DNA of 64,000 bases from sequence record NC_052658.1, one strand, 5' to 3'. This DNA is from Escherichia phage nepoznato. Position numbers and translations under genes: made by a program. Positions 28,234 to 38,120 of the stretch are shown here, piece by piece; within the stretch, counting starts at the first letter, position 1; the number at the start of each line of letters is the position of its first letter. The notes beneath the pieces were generated by a model. It did not search any database and was not told where the DNA came from. It was given only the letters and a program-made list of their open reading frames with translations.

Positions 28234-28839
28234 ATGCAACATAGTGTAGTAGTCAACATGCCGAATAGTGGGGATAAATCTTTTGGTGTCCCTGCTAAAA
28301 AAGTGTGGAAAGCCCATTTTCATCTTACTTTATCTAACGTTAGTTCTGAAGAGTTGATGAAAGCAGCTAAGATTATTGGTGCCAAATGCACAACAATTGA
28401 TTTACATCGGGATACAAAGTCTCAACGTGATCGTATGTTAACAAAGTATCAAAGCGATCTCGACACTACTTTAATGTTGCAGTGTGTAGAAAAACTTGAG
28501 AATGCAGGTTTCAATGTTGTTCGTTACAAACTGGAACGAATGTTTAAACATGTTGCCTGTGTTCTTTTCATGGATCTAAGTAAAGAAAATTATGGAGAAG
28601 TTCACATTAAGACTTCAGCAAGTGATCCCGAAGTAGAAACAAACTTCTTCCGTATTTCTTCTAATGCTGAAGAAATTGATTACCGATTTTATAATGCTCG
28701 CTTATATTCCGCAGAAGATAAGTTGCGTTTCAATGAAGCGTATGATATGCTCTTGAACAGTGGGATACAGATAAAAGGCTACCACATAGAACAAGTGGTA
28801 GTGGACAGTAATCTTAACTTAGACGCATGGTGGGCTTAA
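28234..28839 (+). CDS. Hypothetical protein (201 aa); single H-x-T-x motif (HLTL), possible 2H-phosphoesterase-like
   Basis: Weak motif only; gene context. Confidence 0.3.
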   Translation: MQHSVVVNMPNSGDKSFGVPAKKVWKAHFHLTLSNVSSEELMKAAKIIGAKCTTIDLHRDTKSQRDRMLTKYQSDLDTTLMLQCVEKLENAGFNVVRYKLERMFKHVACVLFMDLSKENYGEVHIKTSASDPEVETNFFRISSNAEEIDYRFYNARLYSAEDKLRFNEAYDMLLNSGIQIKGYHIEQVVVDSNLNLDAWWA

Positions 28840-28840
28840 T

Positions 28841-29497
28841 ATGACTATTAAACATATCTCTTTTGATGTATGGAACACACTGATCACAGCAAACTCCAAT
28901 TACGCAGACATGCGAGCCTGGACTATCGCAAAATATGGAGATATTACGGAAGTGGAAGCAAGAGCAGCTTATAAGAAGATCAAAAAGGAACTGGATAATG
29001 CAGCACTTCAAGGCAAAGCCGAGTGTGCAGCATACGCCTGGGAAAGACTTGGTTCTGAACTTGGGATAACACCTTGGAAGTCTGCAAAGCTTCGTTTCGA
29101 GTGTGAACAGTGGTTCCTTAAGTTTCCACCACACGTAGCCGTGGATCTGCCGATGTACTTGCTGTATCTTTCGGGACGTTATGATTTGAGTATTAAGAGC
29201 AATACCAACTTTATATCAGGGGATATCCTGCGTCGTGCTTGTAAGTTTGATAGTTGGAATTGTTTTGAGTTCACCCATTTCTCGGATGAAGCTTTACTTT
29301 GTAAACCAGATCCGCGATTCTTTGCTCGCACGCTCACATATTCTCCGATCCCTCTGTTAGGGCACGAAGTATTGCACGTAGGCGATAGTGAAGAATATGA
29401 TGGAAAATGTGTTGACTTAGGATTTAACTTCTGTCATATTAAGAACCCTAACGACTTACTAGAGAAACTTAAAAGAGGAGAAATTGTAAATGCGTAA
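28841..29497 (+). CDS. HAD-superfamily hydrolase-like protein
   Basis: N-terminal FDVWNTL resembles HAD motif I variant. Confidence 0.4.
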   Translation: MTIKHISFDVWNTLITANSNYADMRAWTIAKYGDITEVEARAAYKKIKKELDNAALQGKAECAAYAWERLGSELGITPWKSAKLRFECEQWFLKFPPHVAVDLPMYLLYLSGRYDLSIKSNTNFISGDILRRACKFDSWNCFEFTHFSDEALLCKPDPRFFARTLTYSPIPLLGHEVLHVGDSEEYDGKCVDLGFNFCHIKNPNDLLEKLKRGEIVNA

Positions 29498-30317
29498 TCA
29501 AACTCAAATTTTTGCAAATAAATTTGATGACCTGGAAACTGCTACTTTTGATATCCAAGATTATTCAAAATTGAAATTTGGTAGTAACCAAGCCGCGCGT
29601 CGTATGGGTAAAGAATTGGCACTTCAGTTTTTTGCTCAAGTGGCAATGAAACATATTGGGGAACAATTTGTTATCATTCCTTCTCCTTACAACCATGTGC
29701 ATAATGCTGCAACAATGATGACAGATCATTTTATTAATTACTTTAACATGTTGCAATCACAATATAATCAAGGTCGTTCAGCAGAACTGGACATTATTCA
29801 TCGTAAAGTTAGCTATATCAACGATTATGGTTTCTTGGATAAAGCTAGTCGTAAGAAACTTATTGATGGGGATACATTCTACTGCAACAAAGAATTCTGG
29901 GGTGATAAGAAGCTTGTATTCATTGATGATGTAAATATCACTGGAACGCATGAAGACAAACTGATTGAGATTCTTGATGAAAATCAAGTTAAAAATGATG
30001 TTTACTTCCTGTATTTTGCAAAATATGAAGGTAATCAAGCAGATACCGAAGCTAAACTGAATTTTAACTACATTAATACACCAGAAGCGTTTGTTAAAAT
30101 GATTAATGAAGAACGTGATGCACAGTGTCTTGTTCGTCCTATTAAATATCTTATGGGCCAAAATCATGAAGACTTCAAAATCATTCTTAGCCAATTGCCA
30201 CACTACTATGTAGAGCAACTTTTCTTCGGCTGTTTAGCTGAAGGCTACAATCGAATTGCAAAGTATACTGAAAACTTTGAATTCTTGGATCGTTACACAA
30301 AACAACACATTCTGTAA
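29490..30317 (+). CDS. Type I phosphoribosyltransferase (PRTase) fold protein
   Basis: PRPP-binding motif LVFIDDVNITGT. Confidence 0.6.
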   Translation: MRNQTQIFANKFDDLETATFDIQDYSKLKFGSNQAARRMGKELALQFFAQVAMKHIGEQFVIIPSPYNHVHNAATMMTDHFINYFNMLQSQYNQGRSAELDIIHRKVSYINDYGFLDKASRKKLIDGDTFYCNKEFWGDKKLVFIDDVNITGTHEDKLIEILDENQVKNDVYFLYFAKYEGNQADTEAKLNFNYINTPEAFVKMINEERDAQCLVRPIKYLMGQNHEDFKIILSQLPHYYVEQLFFGCLAEGYNRIAKYTENFEFLDRYTKQHIL

Positions 30318-30331
30318 TAAGGAGCTAAAAA

Positions 30332-30805
30332 ATGCTTAAAATGAAAACAGGTAATCTTATTGATGCCGCTAAAGCAGGTGAAGTAACTGTTATTGCTCAT
30401 TGTTGCAATTGTATGTGTAATATGGGGGCAGGAATTGCTCCGCAAATTAAACGAGCATTCCCTTATGCATATGCGGCGGATTTAGACACAATGGCTGGTG
30501 ATCAGAGTAAGTTAGGTTCTTTTAGTTTAGGGGTGCCAGACGAACAATCAGACCCTTTGGTATATAATCTATACGGGCAATACCGTTACGGATATAATGC
30601 TAAAGGTCGTCAGTTGGACTATGATGCCCTATACGATGCACTAATAGCTATGGCTAATGATTTGCTTCTCCGTGACCAAAAATGTAAGATCGGTTTACCT
30701 ATGATTGGAGCGGGACATGCCGGAGGTAATTGGGCTATCATCCAAGTGATGATTGAAGAAACTTTAGTAAAAACAGGTCACGATGTGACTATTTATAAAC
30801 TTTAA
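30332..30805 (+). CDS. Macro domain protein (ADP-ribose binding/hydrolase family)
   Basis: Gly-rich blocks IAHCCNCMCNMGAGIA and LPMIGAGHAGG. Confidence 0.55.
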   Translation: MLKMKTGNLIDAAKAGEVTVIAHCCNCMCNMGAGIAPQIKRAFPYAYAADLDTMAGDQSKLGSFSLGVPDEQSDPLVYNLYGQYRYGYNAKGRQLDYDALYDALIAMANDLLLRDQKCKIGLPMIGAGHAGGNWAIIQVMIEETLVKTGHDVTIYKL

Positions 30806-30817
30806 GAGGAGATTAGT

Positions 30818-31039
30818 ATGGGTGTTTTTGCAGGTATTGTTGCAGTGGTAAGCTTTTTTGTTATTGCTTTTATGCTTAGTTTGATTCCAGCTTGGTTACT
30901 GTTGCTGGCTTACAACTATGTTGCTGAAGTTATGGGTCATGCAGATATCACTGTCCCAGTAACCTTCTGGACCGTGGTTTGTGTTTCGTTTATTCTGGCT
31001 GTATTACGAGGAATCTTTTCCTCTCATTCAACAAAATAA
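30818..31039 (+). CDS. Small membrane protein (73 aa)
   Basis: Two hydrophobic helices. Confidence 0.55.
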   Translation: MGVFAGIVAVVSFFVIAFMLSLIPAWLLLLAYNYVAEVMGHADITVPVTFWTVVCVSFILAVLRGIFSSHSTK

Positions 31040-31100
31040 GTGTTGACATAGTTCTTAAAAAGAGTAAGATATATCACATGAAGCGGGGAATAGTTCCCCG
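31038..31100 (+). promoter_or_regulatory. Early-type promoter (TTGACA) plus conserved leader TATCACATGAAG and hairpin CGGGGAA-TAG-TTCCCCG, plus-strand copy
   Basis: Same architecture as the leftward early promoters. Confidence 0.55.
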
Positions 31101-31118
31101 CAAAGAGAGGAGAAAAGA

Positions 31119-32093
31119 ATGCAACTCGGTTTCCCAATTATTGATGTAGTTGTTTTAGTTGGTATTTTGGCATTGTCTATTGGTATCGATTTCTTTGGTC
31201 ATAAAGAGAATAAAGAAATTGGAATTAAATCTGCTTTGCTTTGGTCTATTTTTTGGATTGCTTTAGCTTTAGGATATTACGCATTCATTTGGGTAGAACA
31301 TGGTAAAGAGTTTGCCGCGCTTTTCCTAAGTGGCTATGTGTTGGAAAAGAGTCTTTCTGTAGATAACCTGATGGTGTTCATGGCAATTTTTGCAAGCTTT
31401 GGAATTAAGAGCACACATCTCCAACATAAGATTTTACTTTGGGGGATTGCAGGAGCCATTGTCTTCCGAGGTATTTTTGTTGCAGCAGGCACCGCTTTGT
31501 TTAACCTTCATTGGTCGGTACAAGTGTTGTTCGGTTTGATTGTAGCTTGGTCTGCCGTAGCTATCATCAAAGGTGGTGACGAAGAAGAGGATATTGATTA
31601 CTCTAAGCATTGGGCTGTTCGTTTAGTAGGTAAAGTTCTGCCTGTGCACAATGCACTGGATGGTGAAAAGTTCATTACCATTAAGAATGGTATTAAATAT
31701 GCAACTCCTGCTCTTCTTTGTGTGTTTGTTATTGAGCTTACAGATATTGTCTTCTCTTTTGATTCAGTTCCGGCTGTGATCGGTGTGACACAAGAACCTC
31801 TGCTGGTTTATTCTGCAATGCTGATGGCTGTTCTTGGTTTACGTGCGCTTTTCTTTGTGTTAAGTGTAGCTGTGAAATATCTGGTTCACTTAGAGAAAGC
31901 TGTTGCTGTGGTTCTGGTGTTTGTTGGTGTTAAACTTATGTATCACCCGTTCGGTGAAACACTTCATGCCAAGTGGTCATTCCTCCCGCATGATATTTCC
32001 CCTAACGTAAGTCTGATGATTGTTCTAGGCACATTAGCTCTTGGTGTTATTGCAAGCTTTATCTTCCCTGAAAAAGAAGAAGCTGCTGTTTAA
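31119..32093 (+). CDS. terC: TerC-family integral membrane protein
   Basis: EKSLSVDNLMVF and ELTDIVFSFDSVPA; multiple TM helices. Confidence 0.75.
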   Translation: MQLGFPIIDVVVLVGILALSIGIDFFGHKENKEIGIKSALLWSIFWIALALGYYAFIWVEHGKEFAALFLSGYVLEKSLSVDNLMVFMAIFASFGIKSTHLQHKILLWGIAGAIVFRGIFVAAGTALFNLHWSVQVLFGLIVAWSAVAIIKGGDEEEDIDYSKHWAVRLVGKVLPVHNALDGEKFITIKNGIKYATPALLCVFVIELTDIVFSFDSVPAVIGVTQEPLLVYSAMLMAVLGLRALFFVLSVAVKYLVHLEKAVAVVLVFVGVKLMYHPFGETLHAKWSFLPHDISPNVSLMIVLGTLALGVIASFIFPEKEEAAV

Positions 32094-32100
32094 TAGATGA

Positions 32101-32125
32101 GCCTCCTTCGGGAGGCTATTTTATA
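32101..32125 (+). terminator. Rho-independent terminator AGCCTCC-TTCG-GGAGGCT + T-run
   Basis: Direct reading. Confidence 0.7.
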
Positions 32126-32135
32126 GGAGAGACTT

Positions 32136-32486
32136 ATGAATAATTTTGATGAAATTCAAGAACTTGTTTGGGATTTATCTGGTGATGTGGATTACATTTC
32201 AGATTATCTTTCAAAAGTTTACCCTGGGGTAAGCGTTATGATTGTGACCAAAGATCCGATTAATTTGCCTCCTAATGTGGTAGCTTGTTGTGGAAGTGGT
32301 TCAGGAGAAGTAGAGCCTGTATCTCGTTGGGAATTAACTAAAGCTGTTTCAAAACGAAACGGTGAAGTTTTGAATATTGATATTGAACAAATATGGACTT
32401 CTCCAGCAGCCAAATGGAATGATCCGAATGGTTGGGATTTGTTCTTCTGGGATAATGAAACTGATGATGAGGTATTTTTAAAATGA
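32136..32486 (+). CDS. Hypothetical protein (116 aa)
   Basis: ORF. Confidence 0.55.
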   Translation: MNNFDEIQELVWDLSGDVDYISDYLSKVYPGVSVMIVTKDPINLPPNVVACCGSGSGEVEPVSRWELTKAVSKRNGEVLNIDIEQIWTSPAAKWNDPNGWDLFFWDNETDDEVFLK

Positions 32487-32728
32487 AATACTTGTTGGTT
32501 GTGTTTGAAAATATCTGTTTTGCAATAGGGTTGTTTGTTGTAATTTTTGTATTGACAAGCGTAATCAACGGCAGTAAAGTGAGTTTATACCGAGATGGAG
32601 AGCAAATTTATTGCTTCTCTGGAGATTTCAAACACAGATGTATTAATAGTCAAAATGAGGAAAGCAAATATGAAAAAACTAGCCCTGATTTTAATTGGTT
32701 GTATCTTTTTAACAGCTTGCGAGGATGA
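32483..32728 (+). CDS. Small membrane protein (81 aa); overlaps next gene by about 58 nt
   Basis: Hydrophobic N-terminus. Confidence 0.4.
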   Translation: MKYLLVVFENICFAIGLFVVIFVLTSVINGSKVSLYRDGEQIYCFSGDFKHRCINSQNEESKYEKTSPDFNWLYLFNSLRG

Positions 32729-33107
32729 AACAAATCCTGCACAATACCAACAACCTCCTCAACAATACGCCCAACAAGGATCTGATGGAGATACAACTAT
32801 TATCAACAATGGTGGCGGTTCTAGTAGTAGCGGTGTTGGTGAGTTTGCTACAGGTATGTTGTTAGGGCATATGATGAGCGGTGGTAGTAATCGTAGTGGC
32901 GGGGATTATAACGATAACAGAACAATTATTAATAAACATTATAACACACCTAAACCGAAGACTAATTTTTATGGTAAGCCTAAACAAGAGACAAAAACTT
33001 ATGAAAAGCCGAGACAAACTTTTAAAACAAATAGTAGCTATACAACTCGTAAATCTTACAATAGCCCTTTAAGTAAAAAGAGTTCATCTCGTAGCAAGCG
33101 ACGTTAA
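32670..33107 (+). CDS. Lipoprotein with Gly/Ser-rich and Lys-rich tracts (about 145 aa)
   Basis: Signal peptide plus lipobox LTAC. Confidence 0.6.
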   Translation: MKKLALILIGCIFLTACEDETNPAQYQQPPQQYAQQGSDGDTTIINNGGGSSSSGVGEFATGMLLGHMMSGGSNRSGGDYNDNRTIINKHYNTPKPKTNFYGKPKQETKTYEKPRQTFKTNSSYTTRKSYNSPLSKKSSSRSKRR

Positions 33108-33122
33108 TAAGGAGAAAAAACA

Positions 33123-33566
33123 ATGACAATTTCTATCCGTACTTCCATTACAGGTGTTAAAAGTTTGCCTAATGCTTTGCAAATTACACGCGCTTTGAGG
33201 GATACGTTCTCCGCTGTGGATGAGCATAAGATGCTTGATAATCTCTCAAATTGGCCTTATTTTCATTATTTTAAAAATGAAGACGACGAGTTTATAGATG
33301 CTGTTTCTTATGGTTATGATTTCGGTAAGGAGGTTTCTCCTGAAGAATTTGTAGCTATGGTGTTCCCAAACGGTTTGCCTACTCGCAGTAAACGTAAAAA
33401 AGGACCAAAAAACAAGAAACGTGCTACTAACAAAGCTACCATTTTCTTTACTGATGGCACACAATATACGATTAAAGATTTTGAAGAGGTATCTTATACA
33501 GCAGGTGGGAATCTTTCTTTCTACACCATCAAAAAAACAAAACCCTACGTTCAGCCATGTTTCTAA
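33123..33566 (+). CDS. Hypothetical protein (147 aa)
   Basis: RBS AAGGAGAAAA. Confidence 0.55.
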   Translation: MTISIRTSITGVKSLPNALQITRALRDTFSAVDEHKMLDNLSNWPYFHYFKNEDDEFIDAVSYGYDFGKEVSPEEFVAMVFPNGLPTRSKRKKGPKNKKRATNKATIFFTDGTQYTIKDFEEVSYTAGGNLSFYTIKKTKPYVQPCF

Positions 33567-33720
33567 CATGATTGAAATGTTAGTAGAAGATATTGAAAGC
33601 GTGGCTGTGTTAGGTATGCATAAAAGCTTTTTAATTACAAATATTTCAGATTTCAGTGCACGTTTATCTGGCCCTGATTTTGAAGCCACGACCACGCATT
33701 TCACTTTTAAGGTGTAAGTT

Positions 33721-34311
33721 ATGCATACCGAGAGAGACTTGCAACTCTTGTGGTGGGAAGTGATGCAGGAAATAAAAGAAGATTTTCCTGTTTACTACAA
33801 CATGTTACGTGAAGCAGGATATAAAGCTTGCGTTAGAAACAAAGTGAATAACTCTTTTGGTTGGTGCAATTACCGAGATAAGATTGTTGTTGTAAATTGG
33901 CACTTGCATAAGAACTCCACAAGAGATATGATCGTGGATACAATGAAGCACGAAATTGCTCACGCTATTGATGGTTGTATGGGTAAGTTTAGTAGGCATG
34001 GTGCTCATTGGCAAAAACTGGCAGCAGAATTAGGGGCTAATCCTAAAGCCACTTCCAAAGAGCCGTTGAACCACGAATATAAATATGTTCTTGTTCTGGT
34101 AGATAGGTTTGCGACAAGATGTGTTAGAGGTTATAATCGTAAACCTAATCGCATGTACCCAGGTAAGCAACCTAACATGTGGTTGAAATCAGATAAAGAA
34201 GGAACTGAAGGAAAATTATGGTTGTATAAATGGGATGATTGGGTTAAAGTAGCTAAAGAGTACGGTGTTTCACCATATATAAGAGATGCAGAAGAGGAGA
34301 ATGAAGAATGA
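33721..34311 (+). CDS. SprT-like zinc metallopeptidase domain protein
   Basis: HEIAH (HExxH) in SprT-like context. Confidence 0.55.
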   Translation: MHTERDLQLLWWEVMQEIKEDFPVYYNMLREAGYKACVRNKVNNSFGWCNYRDKIVVVNWHLHKNSTRDMIVDTMKHEIAHAIDGCMGKFSRHGAHWQKLAAELGANPKATSKEPLNHEYKYVLVLVDRFATRCVRGYNRKPNRMYPGKQPNMWLKSDKEGTEGKLWLYKWDDWVKVAKEYGVSPYIRDAEEENEE

Positions 34312-35420
34312 CAAGTCCATTTTTAAAAGCAGCTACTGGTGGTCAGAAGAAGTCTGAAATGAGTGTATTCGCTGCAACAACAGATGCAAGTAAATCTGTA
34401 TTCGCTCCAAGTGTGTTAGATGCCAGTCCTGTTTATGCACCAGCAGCACCGCAAGAAGTTCCAGTTTTGCCTGCTATGACCCGACAAGAGATCGAAGAGA
34501 TTGGGGCAGAGGCAGGAACAACCTTGCGTTCCTTGAATGCCGAGGTATTAAAACATCAACGTAGTAATCAAGGCGATCAGATGAGTGAACGACTCACAGC
34601 TTTGATTAAACAGGCAAAACAACTTGATCCAAATTCTATTAAACAAAGCAAGGGTATTACTAAACTCATTAAAAAAGTTATGGGTATGAAAGAAGACCTG
34701 TTCGGGGAGTTTGATAATGTTAATAACCGTATTGAAGAGTTGGTAAAGAACCTTCAAATGGATATTCGCAAAGAAGAAGATTCCTTGGTATATCTTGAAA
34801 AGCTACATCAAGCTATTGGACAATATGCTGCAAGTTTGAACCGAGATATGCAGCTTCTAACAGCAACCTATGAAAAAGAAGAACAAGCTTTGGCTGCTCT
34901 TCCAGAAGATGCAGTAGAACAGCGACAAGTGATCCGAGATACTTTGGATCTTCTGGAGATTCGTATTGCAGATTTAAAAGCATTGCGCCTACTGTGTGTC
35001 CAAATGGGACCGCGTGTACAAGGTATGCAAAAAGTTTCTGCAAGCTTAATGCGATCTGCGCGTAACATAGTAAATAATGTTATTCCTGCTTACTCTGCTA
35101 ACTTCTCAATGTATATCGAGAGTTTACGTCAAATGAAAGCAGCAGAGACGCAGAATAACGTTCTTGATGAATTTAACCTGGCAATTAAACTGGGTAGCGA
35201 TCTTGCCACACAGAATCAGATCGAAGCAGCAGCACTGGCTAACCGTCAAGTGTTGGATATTGAAACTCTGCGTCACGATCAGGAAAACTTGGTTAAGATG
35301 TTGGAAGAAACTAACCGCATCAATACGGAAGCCCGTGCTGCTCGTGTTGATTATATTAATGAAGTTCAATCTCTGGAAGACGGGATGGTAGCTGCTGTGA
35401 AACGAGGGCTTGGTAAATGA
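34308..35420 (+). CDS. telA: TelA-like (toxic anion resistance family) protein
   Basis: N-terminal GDQMSERLTALIKQAKQLDPN resembles the TelA/YaaN region; coiled-coil rich; Ter context. Confidence 0.55.
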   Translation: MTSPFLKAATGGQKKSEMSVFAATTDASKSVFAPSVLDASPVYAPAAPQEVPVLPAMTRQEIEEIGAEAGTTLRSLNAEVLKHQRSNQGDQMSERLTALIKQAKQLDPNSIKQSKGITKLIKKVMGMKEDLFGEFDNVNNRIEELVKNLQMDIRKEEDSLVYLEKLHQAIGQYAASLNRDMQLLTATYEKEEQALAALPEDAVEQRQVIRDTLDLLEIRIADLKALRLLCVQMGPRVQGMQKVSASLMRSARNIVNNVIPAYSANFSMYIESLRQMKAAETQNNVLDEFNLAIKLGSDLATQNQIEAAALANRQVLDIETLRHDQENLVKMLEETNRINTEARAARVDYINEVQSLEDGMVAAVKRGLGK

Positions 35421-35614
35421 GAATCCGTATCTATATAATTGATGAAGACATTGGTGTCCGTTATGATGACGAAAAACGATTCGCACCGATGGGAGGCATA
35501 TATCCCCCAAGTGTTCTAGCAGTTTGTCGTGATTGTTATATTTATGAAGGTTGTCGTAACTTCCGTAAATTCCAACTACTTGCAGATATTGACTTCAACG
35601 AGGAGGAGGAGTAA
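35417..35614 (+). CDS. Hypothetical protein (65 aa)
   Basis: ORF. Confidence 0.5.
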   Translation: MRIRIYIIDEDIGVRYDDEKRFAPMGGIYPPSVLAVCRDCYIYEGCRNFRKFQLLADIDFNEEEE

Positions 35615-35787
35615 TGAAAATATTACGAGTGAATATTGAAACTGCTTGGTGTGGATGCAATGAGGTTGTGGATATCGAAATTGAAGATGATATGTCTCAA
35701 GAGGATATAGAAGATCTTGCACACGAAACCTTTCAGGACTATTGTAATTACGGGTTTCATATTTTAGAGGAGGAAGAAGATGTTTAA
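35614..35787 (+). CDS. Hypothetical acidic small protein, about 57 aa, not in the ORF track
   Basis: TAATG overlap; RBS GAGGAGG. Confidence 0.45.
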   Translation: MKILRVNIETAWCGCNEVVDIEIEDDMSQEDIEDLAHETFQDYCNYGFHILEEEEDV

Positions 35788-35983
35788 CTACGATAACGAT
35801 CCTAATATTATCCAGTTAACCCGACAAGAACTGATCACAATCATTGAAGATGCTTTTATTGATGGTTGGAATACACAAGATAATGATTGGGGTGGACCCG
35901 AAGCTTTTCTGGAACATCATAAAACGTATGGAGACTTTTGTGAAACCACTGTAGCTCTTGATAATCTGAAGGAGGGTTTGTAA
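35780..35983 (+). CDS. Hypothetical protein (67 aa)
   Basis: RBS GAGGAGGAAG. Confidence 0.55.
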   Translation: MFNYDNDPNIIQLTRQELITIIEDAFIDGWNTQDNDWGGPEAFLEHHKTYGDFCETTVALDNLKEGL

Positions 35984-36543
35984 TGGGTTGTTTTAGTTTT
36001 TTGTGTAAGGAATCTGGAAAAGCTGCCCTTTCTACTTCTTTCGACGGATCACCTTGTTATCTCTTTCTTTTGAAGGACGGTGTTGTTATTGAAGAGATGT
36101 ATGGCAACTATGATAGTTATGGTTGTGTTTTCTCTGGAAAGGAGGATGAAAATGGCGTTCGTGAACGGTTCGAATGGGCTATGGATTGGGGTAAGGTTTG
36201 TGATTTAATGCATTCCTCAAATCCAAGGGACGGTATTGCTATGGTGCTGGAAGAGTACTTTACAGGTGAAATCCCTACAGAACAATCTGACGGAGATCCT
36301 AATCAAGGTTGGGGTGATGGTGAAGAAGATCCAGATTGTTTTTTCAGCACAGAAAAGAATAAGTTTAAACGTGTTGACAACCCTTATCACAAAGTGCATA
36401 ATACTCTCATTGAAACAGAAGATGACAAGATGGAAATTGAAGAAGATCCTCTTGTAACACTTCCTATAAGTGAGTTACAAAAGATCACTAAGGAAGCTTA
36501 CGATTTGGGCTTCAAAATTGGTAGAGGAGGTATGCGTGTTTAG
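35983..36543 (+). CDS. Hypothetical protein (186 aa), acidic
   Basis: ORF. Confidence 0.55.
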   Translation: MGCFSFLCKESGKAALSTSFDGSPCYLFLLKDGVVIEEMYGNYDSYGCVFSGKEDENGVRERFEWAMDWGKVCDLMHSSNPRDGIAMVLEEYFTGEIPTEQSDGDPNQGWGDGEEDPDCFFSTEKNKFKRVDNPYHKVHNTLIETEDDKMEIEEDPLVTLPISELQKITKEAYDLGFKIGRGGMRV

Positions 36544-36814
36544 ATTCAATATTCAAGAAGAAAAGTGTCAGGATTTACCTATTGCTTTCGAAGATCTTGG
36601 CATAGGGGCCACATTCATGTATTATGATGCCTATGAAGACGCAGGGTTGGATACATACCGTAACTTGGTGTTCATTAAAAATTCCACAAACAGTGCGATC
36701 TGTATTAATGGATCACTAGCACAACGAGGCTATACTCATTGCATCCCGCCAGATACAAATATGGTGGAAGTAGATTTAGAAGTTACCAACATTACACTTA
36801 AGAAGGAGAAATAA
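36536..36814 (+). CDS. Small protein, paralog of 37836-38105; probable GTG start
   Basis: RBS AGGAGG 5 nt before GTG; shared F-I-E...DL-G-TF-Y...E-GLD...VT-ITLK pattern. Confidence 0.45.
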   Translation: MFRFNIQEEKCQDLPIAFEDLGIGATFMYYDAYEDAGLDTYRNLVFIKNSTNSAICINGSLAQRGYTHCIPPDTNMVEVDLEVTNITLKKEK

Positions 36815-36815
36815 T

Positions 36816-37610
36816 ATGTCCGAGAAAATCAGCCTGAAAAAACGTCAAGAAAACCTTGCTTTCTCTCTGAAAAAGAATAAGAACCTGAATGAAGGTAAGA
36901 TTGTTCTTCGTGTAGCATGTGCTCTAGATATTTCTGGTAGTATGCATGGTCTATATTCTAGTGGGGTAGTGAGTGATTTTGTAGGTAAACTGCTTCCTTT
37001 TGGTATGCTGTTCGACGATAATCAACAAATTGATATGTGGGCCTTCAATACGAGTTCCCAAGAGCTTACTCCAGCAACAGCAGATGTTTACGATGACTAT
37101 GTTGGTAAATGTATGCGTAATGTTCGTATCGGAGGTGGAACAAATTACGCCCCTGTAATGGCGGATATCTACGATGAGTATTTTGGCACTGTTACTAAAT
37201 ATATTACCACTAAACAAGTGGTACAAGAGGAGGCTCCAAAGAAAGGCTTCTTTAATCGTCTGCTTGGTAAAACTGAAACAGTGTCTGTAGAGCGTGAAAA
37301 AGTTGTAGCTGTATCTGAACCAGGTGCTGACGTTACCCCTGGTGTTGTATTCTTCCAGACGGATGGTGAGAATGGTGATCCTAGTGCTGTTCGTCGTCTT
37401 ATCGAAGAGAATAAGAATAAACCTATTTATTGGTTCATGGTTGGCGTTGGTAATGAGAAGTTCGGCTTCCTGAAAGAACTGGCAAATGCTTATGATAATG
37501 TTGGTTTTATTGGCATTAAAGATTTAGACTTGACAGATTCAGAGCTTTATGACAAACTCTTATCTGAAGAGTTCGGAGAGTGGGTTGTTAAAGTAGGTGC
37601 TAAAAAATGA
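36816..37610 (+). CDS. von Willebrand factor A domain protein (TerY-like)
   Basis: MIDAS motifs DISGSM, GGTNYA, TDGENGD; N-terminal ISLKK as in TerD. Confidence 0.65.
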   Translation: MSEKISLKKRQENLAFSLKKNKNLNEGKIVLRVACALDISGSMHGLYSSGVVSDFVGKLLPFGMLFDDNQQIDMWAFNTSSQELTPATADVYDDYVGKCMRNVRIGGGTNYAPVMADIYDEYFGTVTKYITTKQVVQEEAPKKGFFNRLLGKTETVSVEREKVVAVSEPGADVTPGVVFFQTDGENGDPSAVRRLIEENKNKPIYWFMVGVGNEKFGFLKELANAYDNVGFIGIKDLDLTDSELYDKLLSEEFGEWVVKVGAKK

Positions 37611-37855
37611 TCGACGAGCTTGCCTCTCAAGTCATAGAAAATTATTGGCGCGAGAGAGAAGCTTTCATTATGCGCAGTCTCAAAGAGTATTTCATTGGGA
37701 CTGTGCGAATGGAAGATATTGTAAGTAGAGTAGAGATTCATGTATGGCCCGATTATGAAGAATGGGTTGACAAAGAAAATGAAAATGCTATAATTCTTCG
37801 TATATACAAACCGGAGATAACATTAGGAGGAAGAAGTGTTAAACTTCGAAATTGA
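37607..37855 (+). CDS. Hypothetical protein (82 aa)
   Basis: ORF. Confidence 0.5.
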   Translation: MIDELASQVIENYWREREAFIMRSLKEYFIGTVRMEDIVSRVEIHVWPDYEEWVDKENENAIILRIYKPEITLGGRSVKLRN

Positions 37856-38105
37856 TGAGCAAAAAGTAAATAAACGATGCCTTACCATTAAAGATTTGGA
37901 TGTAGGAGATACTTTCGTCTATGAAAATGCATTTGACGAAAATGGTTTAGACCTTAGTGAAATCATTGTTTATTTAAAAGTAGATGATGGGGAAAATGAT
38001 TGTTCTGCTGTAGAACTAAACCATCATGCACAATTAGTATCAATCCAAAACACATCTAAGCTTTTGGAAGTAGAATTGACTGTAACTGGTATTACACTTA
38101 AATAA
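37836..38105 (+). CDS. Small protein, paralog of 36536-36814; GTG start
   Basis: RBS AGGAGGAAG; paralogy. Confidence 0.5.
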   Translation: MLNFEIDEQKVNKRCLTIKDLDVGDTFVYENAFDENGLDLSEIIVYLKVDDGENDCSAVELNHHAQLVSIQNTSKLLEVELTVTGITLK

Positions 38106-38120
38106 TAGAGGAGACAAAAG

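Noticed and set aside
29778-30218. 146-aa minus-strand ORF
   Set aside because: Antisense to the PRTase gene, which has a clear catalytic motif
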